Source: Corallochytrium limacisporum Hawaii
Lineage: Eukaryota; Protista; Pluriformea
Reading direction: 5' to 3'
Length of the DNA: 64,000 nt
NCBI GenBank assembly: GCA_002811645.1
Contig: PDIP01000005.1
Coordinates: 7,345 to 71,344, forward strand
Below are positions 54,725 through 64,000 of this stretch, in pieces. Both the position numbers and the translations under genes were made by a program. The notes below the pieces were generated by a model, which saw only the letters and a program-made list of their open reading frames with translations, did not search any database and was not told where the DNA came from. Each line of letters starts with the position of its first letter. Position 1 is the stretch's first letter.

Positions 54725-57700
54725 ATCAGGTTCGGTTCTAAAGTCTTATGGAATCAAATTGGCTGTTGGATTGCTCTGTCACGGTCGCACAAACTGGCGA
54801 TAAAGTGCGCTAAAAGAGAGAAAGCCGTGTGTATCTAAACTGACTAATACCGTCCGTTACTTTGTGTAGTTACATTCTACTTGTTGTGTACCTGTCCGGT
54901 CCCAAATAGGCAGTCTTGTTGACAGCGATCACCAGGACAGAACTGCAGTGTCTGCTTCTGCTGTTCCTCCACAAGCACGAGACCACATTCCTACACGTTT
55001 CAAAAGAACCTGTTGAGGTTTTTGTATCGCGTACACCGTGCCACCAAGTCGCATATTAGTCTGACTAAGTGCTGCCGACTTGAGTCTTGCTACCAATCAC
55101 CGCAGACTTACTCATGAACGGGCTGGGGGAGGGGGAGAGGGAGGCCCTGCCCTCCCTTTAGGGATGCCGATATCATCCCGTCCCGACTGGCTCCGATGAC
55201 AGATCTTACCCCCTTGAGTCGTTAAAGAGACAGTAGTTACATATTGAAAGTATTGAATATTTTCTCCGCTTGTTTATGAAACAATGCGTTTTTCTTCCCC
55301 TTCTGGCTCCGGTGAGAGAAACCACGAGCAAAAGTCGGGCCCGGGGAGGAAGGGGAGGGGCACAGGACGTGAAGAGGTGGGGGACTTGACTGAGAGAGGG
55401 GAAAAAGGGAAGGAAAAAAAAAGGGGAAAAAAAAAAGAGAAGGAGAGGGGGGAAGGAAGTGCACCAGCAACCTAGCAAATCCCCAGGGATACACAACGGA
55501 ATGAATTGAGGTACCATATAGGTACCCACTCGGGATGAGAAGTAGTAACCAATGGTAAATAAATGAGCGATTTTTCCGGAAACTTGCGGACAGTTAATCA
55601 TTTGCGGCGGACTTAATGGCCCCTGTCCCCCGGGAAAGGGGGAGAGGAGCGGCAGCCGCACTCGCGGCTCGTCTTCGGATCGCCAAAAAGGAGTCGGGAA
55701 CTCTCAGTGTCAGCTATTCTCCAATGTCTCTCAGCAGCCAAAACAACGGATCTTGCACCCTGGACCCCGCGGTGCGGCATTTGAGGCCATATGTTCGGTA
55801 TGGCTCCATCGGCCACCGCCGCATGGACCGAAACGTGTTTTCGTTTTTTGGGCGAATTGACTCCCCCGTGCCTTGGGAAAATATTCAGCCTGGCATAAAC
55901 TTTGTTTTGACCCCTACGGCTCTGAGGTTTTTTTTCCTTCCTGGCTTCTCCTGTCATTCTGCCTGCTCTGCATGGTGTTGTGGGCGTTGGTTGTTTTCTG
56001 TGTTGGTGTGGGCAAGAGTCCGGTGTCGATGCTCCAAATGGTTGCCGCGTCTGCTTTTGGAAAACTCTGAGCTTATTTGCTTCGAACGAAGAAAAAATGA
56101 CTTACTTTTGGTATCAGGAATCGTTGCCCACAGAACGAATGAGTTGCCCAGTCGCACTCCTGGCGGATGTCGCAGAGCCTCTCCTACAGCGCGGCGCAAA
56201 AACGGCAGCCGTTCTCCCGGGGGGGGGGGGGGGTTTGTGCTCGTGGCCACCGCCGGGTTTTGGGAAGAGCAGCGGCGGGAGGAAACGGGGGGGATATGCT
56301 TACTTTCATATCCTATGCGGATGGGAGGATACGAAAAGCATATGAACTGAGTCACACAATGGTGTGTCCGGTCCGCTCGCTATCAACCCATCGCTCCGAC
56401 ACACACACACACTCACATACACACACACACACACTCCTCTGCCGAGGTCACTCCCTGCCCTCTCTCGCTCTCTCTCTTGGCACAGAGACGCAAAAAAAAC
56501 CCCAAAGGAGCCGAAAAATTGCAATGGCTGAGCGCCTGCAATAAGGGAGAGTAGAACCACTACTGATCTCTAAAAACCACTCATAAAGAAAAATTTGGTC
56601 TCGACGGCCCTTGATAAGCGTGCAGACGATTTTCATCGGCAGCGGTGCTCACGGCAAACAACAGAGAGTTGACAGTGCTGCAAGATTTGAACCTGCTTAC
56701 CGCTATACGCTATATATATAACATGCAGCGTCCACAACCAACCAACCCCCTCGCCCCTGAATTTTCCCTCGCTCCATGCGAGATTATTGTGTGGCCAACA
56801 GAGGGGTAGCAGAGCAGAGAGGCAGCGGCCGGGAGAGGTTTAAAAATGGAGGACAACCCATCGTTCCCTTCTTCCGGCGGCGGCTTCAAGCCCCTCACCC
56901 AAAAGAAGACACAAATGTTGAAGAAAAATTTTCGCTTTGGAGAGGGGCAGTCAGCAGCAAAGGGCCCCGCCGTGAACTTGGGTCAGGTGTCCGGTGAAAG
57001 GCGAAGAAAAATCTCTGGCCAACACGGAAATCGTAGCCCAGGTGTTTTTTGCAGTTCTGGGGAGGTGCACAGAATGGTGTCTGCTTTGGACCAAGATTTA
57101 AAGGGTGGGGAGGGCGAGGGAGGGAGCGAGGGGGAGGGGGGAGATCCGAGGAGAAACACGTTGAAATATCATCAGCAGCTCAGGAGCTGTAAGCAACGCA
57201 GGAGCATGCATGGCTTGAGCACCAAAAAAAAATTCATCATCAGCAAAACCCCACTCCTTCACCATTTTTTTATCCGAAGTCCATCAGCTGATCAAGCCTT
57301 GTGAATCTCAAAAGTATATAAAATATATGAATGTAAGATACGAAAGATGAAAATTTCTTTGTCCCTATCGATGGATGGGTGGATTGTGGGTTGAACACTG
57401 TTCAACGGTCGAGCAACGTTGACACGACAGATGACTCCAATTCACGCCGCCGCCGGAACGCCCCGCTCATACCTCCCCAAGGGCGGCATGGACTCATTTA
57501 TCTTGAATATGTATATTGAATATATTGAGTTTTATTTCAGAAATTCTGTCTTGATAATGTGCAGCAGCCGCTCCGGACCAGGTTCCATGAAGGTAACAAG
57601 GGCAAGAGCATCTTGCGGGATGTGAACTCGTCAATTGCGCTGCAGAGTCGACGACGAGACTGAGGACTGTCTAAGTTTTTTAAACTCCGTCCGGAATTTT

Positions 57701-60700
57701 TTGCATTGTCTGAGTATGAAGATAGTCAAAATTTGTCACTTACAAACTCCGATCAAACAGGATTTCGACCTTGGGTGCCAGGGGGGGGGGCCTGTGGCAT
57801 CCAGACCCGTACGCGCGAAAATTGGCAGCAGGGTCGCTCAGTTTGGACCGTATTCGCCAGCCCGCATCGTAGAGCTGCATCATTCCTCCGGGTGCAAACG
57901 GATAGTGCTTCACATCCATGTCATCGCCATTGTCGTCATAGATCATCTTCTAGCACAGTTGCTCTCTAGTGCTGTAGATGCTGATGTGGTGTCCATGGAT
58001 GTTGGCATTGCATGCTCGTCTGCTTCCATGCAAGTGCTTGCCTCTCTCTTCCCGCACAACGAGAGAACATAAAACGGGTAGGGATGGGCCGATTCTATAA
58101 TGAAAGTATAGTGCGGGTTACCGGCGGGTCACCCACCTATCAACCACNNNNNNNNNNNNNNNNNNNNNNNNNNNNNNNNNNNNNNNNNNNNNNNNNNNNN
58201 NNNNNNNNNNNNNNNNNNNNNNNNNNNNNNNNNNNNNNNNNNNNNNNNNNNNNNNNNNNNNNNNNNNNNNNNNNNNNNNNNNNNNNNNNNNNNNNNNNNN
58301 NNNNNNNNNNNNNNNNNNNNNNNNNNNNNNNNNNNNNNNNNNNNNNNNNNNNNNNNNNNNNNNNNNNNNNNNNNNNNNNNNNNTGCCCTCGCTCTGAAAA
58401 GCAACTCGTTCTCCCGCTCATGAATTGACGTGCTGCCACCCGCGAATGTTGTGATTTTGTGTGATGCCAGCTCAGTACGAATGTAAAGGGAGAACCCCAC
58501 GCTTGATTTTCGCTATGCATTGGGTACTTGTAGAGGTCTCAATCACATCAGACCAGATAGCCCTCTCTATGACTACCGCATCACCTCATTTCGCTTTGCT
58601 CCACGAGCAGCCGCAGCGTGTTTCAAAAAACTGAGGATAGCATTTCATACGATATGGCTCAGTCCTTGCTCCCCCAGGATCTTGACCTTTCCTGACTGGA
58701 AGCAGTGTGGATGTGACTAGACCCAGTCCGTCAGATCACAAGACAAAATGCGAATACGCAACATGGCCCGCATCGGAGCGATCGGCAACCATAGGTTCGT
58801 CGGAGCTTTACTTCCAACTCTAACCCTGCCGGAATTGATCGTGATAAATCGGTATGCACAAGTCTGAATAGAGAGACCTCGTATGTATCATCATGACACG
58901 TAGAGAGCGCACGCAGTCTACACCTATGTGGATGCTGTATTGGATGTCGATTACCAGCGATGTGCAATCCTTCGAGGGACCCCACCACGCTGCGGCACCG
59001 GGTAGCGCGTATGAGCCCGCAAGGCCACACGGACCCTGGGTACGAGAGTAGACCCCGGTCAGGGAATCTACAGTGTGAGAATAGGTCGGTTTCCTGATCT
59101 GCGTATTATCAATACGCCCATTTACCACCACCACCATTTTCACAGCGATTTATGGGCACGAACAGAGCTAATCTCCACCTTTCTGTCAATGCGCGTTGCA
59201 GTGCACCAGTTGATCTGACTGCGATTTGTTGTGTGCGCGACAGATTTCAGTTTGGTTCACTGCAGCAAGCGTTTAATATGCAAACCTTGTGGTGAACATA
59301 TGGAGATTTTCCGACATTCCTTAAATTGTCTCGTCTTTGTGGCGACCTACTAGTACTCCTCGTCCAAGACTTCTCTGATTGGGTGCTGGGTTGGCCTGCG
59401 ACAGTCATTTCAACTTGGTTTTGACCCTACGTTTGCCGCAGTGGCTTAACCTCAGTACTAAATATAAGGGGACGATCAAAATGCCGCAGCGAGTCAACCC
59501 CCAGTGCCCCACGCCCCTTCCCTTGCCATCTCCGCATCTCGACCAGCCTTCGAAGTTCAAGACTCCGGGACCACTGCCTCTCATTCGTAATTTCCTTGGA
59601 TTCACTCCCCAGCCCGTGGACAAGCCTTCGCTAAATGTTAAGTACTAAATATACTGCACAGTTTTGAAGAGAATCCATAAATTGTCGTCCTCCGGAGGGG
59701 GAAGGNNNNNNNNNNNNNNNNNNNNNNNNNNNNNNNNNNNNNNNNNNNNNNNNNNNNNNNNNNNNNNNNNNNNNNNNNNNNNNNNNNNNNNNNNNNNNNN
59801 NNNNNNNNNNNNNNNNNNNNNNNNNNNNNNNNNNNNNNNNNNNNNNNNNNNNNNNNNNNNNNNNNNNNNNNNNNNNNNNNNNNNNNNNNNNNNNNNNNNN
59901 NNNNNNNNNNNNNNNNNNNNNNNNNNNNNNNNNNNNNNNNNNNNNNNNNNNNNNNNNNNNNNNNNNNNNNNNNNNNNNNNNNNNNNNNNNNNNNNNNNNN
60001 NNGGGGGGGTGCAGAGTTCGCTTGGTGCATGGGGGGGAGCCGGTGCGCACAGTCTGTGGGCTCCAAAAGGAGGCCCTTGGAACGCCGAGTGTCGCTATCG
60101 TTCTCTTAATTGCGTCTTCCCCGTCGAATCCCACGACGCAACAAAGGAATCACATCCCTACCTGCTCACTTATCACCACCATCATAACCATGACCATCAT
60201 CAAAGCGAGCACGTTCTGAATCAGGACCATGTTATCATTCGCTTTCTCCGTTTGCGTTGGTATCTGCACTACGTCGGGAGGGTAGTCTACAAATTCTTTT
60301 GGATCAGATTCGTACAATACCTATTAACAATTCACATGTCATTGCAAGGGCTTCAATCTTTTCGTTGTCCATTTGATTTGAATTTTTGAGGCGGTTGTTG
60401 TCATTCGCTTGCGTTATCCATCTTGATATTCGAGTCGCTGATGTCATTATTGCAGCATCATGTTTCACCCAATACAGTCACATCACTGCAGGCTAGGTGT
60501 ACATGCGTGTTGTGTTTGTATTGGCATGGCTCTTCGATGTTCTGACGACTCTCTTCCACTCTGTGCTCGCCCGCTGCGCGGTGACCTCCCACGATAATTT
60601 CCAAACGGGCGGCCGTGGGTCCAGAACAGGGGTTAGTGGTGGGAAGGGAGGAGTTAGTAGTATTTCAGTATGCATAGTTCGTGAAATTGCCCAAATATGG

Positions 60701-61599
60701 GACACAACACTCCCATATTTGAAAATTTTGTGAGTGATGGAGCAAAAAGACGGGGTTATCTTACGATAAGGTTTAGGGGGGGGGAAGGGGGAGAGAGAGC
60801 GAGAAAATCACCGTGGGTTAAGAGAGGGATAGTAGGGAAGCCCAGAGAACGAATTTTGCGGTGAGTGCCTTCTGTTCACTTTGTCCCAAAACCAAGCTCA
60901 CTGGGCATACTCGCATACGGCAAGAAGCATACAAGCGGAAAGATACGGAACATTCTGTCCATGCTAATATCGCAAACTTTAAAGTCTGCTTCACCTACAG
61001 CGGCCTGTGGTAGTGGCGCATCTGGGGCTACATCGTCCGGCATTTTGCATTGCAACTGACCTCATTGGCAGTGTTCCCGTTCGGAATGCTCGTACACCTG
61101 GACCCTCACACCCATTCAGCATCCGTTTTGATGTCCGCAACACTTATGTGCACGGTCAACACCGGCTTCCATCGCTGTGCCCTTTGCCTTACTCACCTAC
61201 ACATCTACTGGCACAGATCGAGGAACAGCCATCAGCACATATTTTCCATTTTTGTTTTTTTGGTTCTCTCTAGCAATGCGACATCTGTTTGGTTTCTGGT
61301 ACAGCCTGCATAATAGAATCGCAAGGCTTGGCCGAGGGGCCTTTGTCGGAGTAACGGAGCGAAGGGGACCGACAGAGAATTGAGTAGTTTTAGGGGCCTA
61401 TTTTTGTTATCATTTCGGGATTTTTCAACTTCTGGCGCCAAATTCTAATGAGTTTATTAGGGTATTCATCGTTAGCGCTCTTCAATAGCGCACCCACCAG
61501 TGGAGAGTCACGCTTGCACAGGCCATGATGCTGAGCATCCCCTGTCGACGACCTGGCAAGGTCCTTCACGGGCTTTCTGAATTACCTTGATGCTAGCAG

Positions 61600-61636
61600 G
61601 TAAATTTACCATCGGAGGTGCCTGTTTTAACTGTAG
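61600..61636 (+). other. Candidate short 5'-UTR intron of RPP14
   Basis: CAG|GTAAAT..TTTTAAC-TGTAG, 37 nt, ending 12 nt before the ATG. Confidence 0.45.
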
Positions 61637-61648
61637 TAACGGTTAAGT

Positions 61649-61975
61649 ATGCCCGCAGAGGTCACATGTGAAGAATTCTGGGATTCTGGTATCTTTTACC
61701 TCTCGGTTGAGTTTACGGCGTCTGATCCGACCATAACAGTAACCAAGAATGTTTTCCGGTACGTAGTGGTGTGTGCTTTACGTCAGTGTCACGGGGAAGT
61801 TGGAGCTAGCATTCCTTTCAAAGTTCTGTTATACGATCAGAACACACAGAAAGGTGTGCTTTCAGTCAGCAGTAGTGACGCCGTAAGGTTCTGGACTGGA
61901 CTTACATTGTACTCCAAACACAACGGGAAATCGTGTTCCTTCAGAGTAGACGCCGGTGTGCCTTCGCCATACTAA
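61649..61975 (+). CDS. RPP14: RNase P/MRP subunit Rpp14/Pop8
   Basis: 108 aa; FYLSVEF..ALRQCHGEVGA..VRFWTGLTL..GKSCSFRV matches the Rpp14 pattern ALxxLFGEVGA..KLWSSLTL..KKCAFRV. Confidence 0.85.
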   Translation: MPAEVTCEEFWDSGIFYLSVEFTASDPTITVTKNVFRYVVVCALRQCHGEVGASIPFKVLLYDQNTQKGVLSVSSSDAVRFWTGLTLYSKHNGKSCSFRVDAGVPSPY

Positions 61976-61987
61976 AAGAACAAAAAC

Positions 61988-62158
61988 ATGCAAGTTCCAC
62001 AAGACAACCAGGTACGCATTATGGGAATTTGGACCCTTTTTGGTGCAGCTTTCAACTTGGGTATCGCCTATTGCATGTTTGGAGAACGTGGTCGGGAAAA
62101 CCGCGCCTGGCTTCGTGAGATCCTCACGCGGAACCGCAATTTGCCTCCAAAAGAATGA
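61988..62158 (+). CDS. 56-aa single-TM microprotein, probable complex I subunit NDUFA1/MWFE (not in ORF track)
   Basis: Hand translation MQVPQDNQVRIMGIWTLFGAAFNLGIAYCMFGERGRENRAWLREILTRNRNLPPKE; aaaaacATG context; MxVP, FG at 18-19 and WxRxxxxRxRxL as in fungal-type MWFE subunits. Confidence 0.6.
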   Translation: MQVPQDNQVRIMGIWTLFGAAFNLGIAYCMFGERGRENRAWLREILTRNRNLPPKE

Positions 62159-62236
62159 AGAAAGTTGATTTTATTACATGGCGTGCCCTGCATGTGATGT
62201 GAATCTATCTCGCACTAAAACTGTATTGTGTTCAAC

Positions 62237-63559
62237 CTAGGTGAATGGCAAGAAGGTACTGAACAGAAGAATTCCCAAGAACGTCCAGAACAGACAGTAT
62301 GAAACCAGAGCTCGGGCCTGCCAACTCTCTGGTCCAACATCTGCAAAATGGGTGGCCCAGAACAGATAAATCGATGGCACTGCTGAACACACCATGCGCG
62401 TCGTAACCTCGATGTGCATTACAAAAGCCCCGAAGGCCACAAGAAACGCCCAATAGACGATGTAGGGAAAGTGCTTTGTACCCCACATTCCCCATTGATC
62501 ATCTTGTCCACCTTGCATGGGCATCAAATACAATGTCCTTTCGATCACACCACCAGCGTTATTCCCAAGATAGGTCTTGATGGCATAACCGCTGTAAATG
62601 ACCAATGGTGCTGCTAGGATAAAGTTGTGGGTCTGCTTGAATGACCAGTAGGTCAGGAAACCGACGTCCCAGTACTTCGCCTGCACATACCTGTACGGCA
62701 AGGGCAATTTCCAGGAGCACCATTCTGGATCAATATCTCCCATACAATATAAAAGGTATCCGTAGTATTGGAACATGAACCATGGAATCAGCACAATTAT
62801 GAACTGCACGCCACACGTTACCAATTGGACAACGACTCTCTGCGGTGCTACGGCCCCGCGTTGCTGTAGCACGCGAAGAGCGCTGTAAATAAAGAAACCG
62901 CCAAGAATGAGCCCATTGCCTCGTCCTGATGCAGCAATGCCCATCATGACTGCAGCTAGCCACATCCGCCCAATGGCATAAAAGTACATACCACCAAACG
63001 CGAACACACAGTATGTCGCTTCAGTGTAGAGTGCTGTAAAGTGCACATTTGCTGGTGTCAGGCAAAAGAAAAGGGCTGTAAGATGACTTATCCGCATATC
63101 ACCATTCGTCATGGTGATTGCCCATTTATACAGGAACACTGCTGCACCGGCAAAAGCCACCATGTTGACCAGGAACCCACTCAGCCATAGCGTGGTCTCA
63201 TATGTGATCAGGGCCTGCAGAAGTATATACAGTACGTTGCCAGTTACGTATACGAGCGTCGGGTATAGTGGAAAGAAGGCCAAGAATTGTTCATAGGTCC
63301 ATCCATACTTAGCAAGATGCAAAAAGAAGACGGCGTCCCAATTTACATGCCCCATCAATAGCGACCGAATCAATGCATCGATTGCCGGCACTGGAGCAAC
63401 GTGGTCGGCGTCCTCCAGACAGCAGGCACTAGTATCATAAGCTCCTAAAACATTAGCAGTGATGGCCATCACTGCGGATATAAGCAGTCTCGAACATAAT
63501 GCCGCCTTAAATATGGACGCATCAGCATGTCGTGGATCAAAGGAAAACATCCACTCCAT
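62237..63559 (-). CDS. PIGV: GPI mannosyltransferase 2 (PIG-V/Gpi18)
   Basis: 440 aa; NWDAVFFLHLAKYGWTYEQFLAFFPLYP, YTEA, RGNG, YVQAKYWDVGFLTYW, terminal FLPFT. Confidence 0.95.
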   Translation of the reverse strand: MEWMFSFDPRHADASIFKAALCSRLLISAVMAITANVLGAYDTSACCLEDADHVAPVPAIDALIRSLLMGHVNWDAVFFLHLAKYGWTYEQFLAFFPLYPTLVYVTGNVLYILLQALITYETTLWLSGFLVNMVAFAGAAVFLYKWAITMTNGDMRISHLTALFFCLTPANVHFTALYTEATYCVFAFGGMYFYAIGRMWLAAVMMGIAASGRGNGLILGGFFIYSALRVLQQRGAVAPQRVVVQLVTCGVQFIIVLIPWFMFQYYGYLLYCMGDIDPEWCSWKLPLPYRYVQAKYWDVGFLTYWSFKQTHNFILAAPLVIYSGYAIKTYLGNNAGGVIERTLYLMPMQGGQDDQWGMWGTKHFPYIVYWAFLVAFGAFVMHIEVTTRMVCSAVPSIYLFWATHFADVGPESWQARALVSYCLFWTFLGILLFSTFLPFT

Positions 63560-64000
63560 GATGCTAACTAAGAAACAGGTGCTCTACCCCAGCGACATAG
63601 TCTTCCCTGCAGATAACACCACTGGAAGTTTTGAAAAGACCGCTATGAAGATCATGCATTGCTATCTACTGGGCTCCTTTATATTTTTAAACTATGGTTG
63701 ATCCATGCTCACAAGTAGCTTGAAGACATTTCTGTTGTTCGTCTCCACCACACCCTACGGCACCTACGAACCCGTTTTCGCAGAAAGGGAATTGAACAAT
63801 ATACCGTGAACTACTTTCGGAGTCTATTTTCTTTCAGTTTCCCCCGCCACATCTCCCGCTCAAATTTTGAAGGCACACGAGCACCGGCGACCCACTTCTG
63901 ACCCATAGGGTTGTACGCACCGCACCGCCCTCTCGTTTTCACTCTCGGTGGTACCACCCTCTGTCTGGGAATATTGTATCAAATCTACTCTTTTTGATTT

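Noticed and set aside
1-64000. Alternative genetic code, selenoprotein, riboswitch, snRNA or CRISPR
   Set aside because: TAA, TAG and TGA all end conserved genes at expected positions; no U1/U2/U5/U6, TPP-aptamer, SECIS or repeat-spacer signature seen by eye

Overview
Eukaryotic nuclear DNA with six N-gaps. It holds 18 clear protein-coding genes plus one small ORF below the ORF-track cutoff. Gene content (BZW/5MP, CCDC6, FAF1-type UBX, MED27, NDUFA4, LC8, alongside a fungal-type large NAD-GDH and a MetR/Cys-3-like bZIP) points to a unicellular opisthokont, probably a holozoan. A Corallochytrium-like organism is my guess only. Every CDS, even the 6.4 kb Brr2, is a single uninterrupted ORF. Intergenic DNA is low-complexity (poly-G/C, GA/CT and CA microsatellites). 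Best leads: (1) an apparent bicistron, RPP14 followed 12 nt later and in frame by a 56-aa NDUFA1/MWFE-like ORF; (2) splice-site-like signals confined to 5' leaders, together with a Brr2 that seems to lack its PWI domain; (3) a C(n)G(n) homopolymer palindrome found upstream of genes but not in convergent spacers; (4) a strong-Kozak uORF upstream of LC8 that encodes an LC8-binding-like TGIQT motif. I found no tRNA, rRNA, snRNA, CRISPR array or intact transposon. All identifications come from motif recognition by eye, not from database searches.
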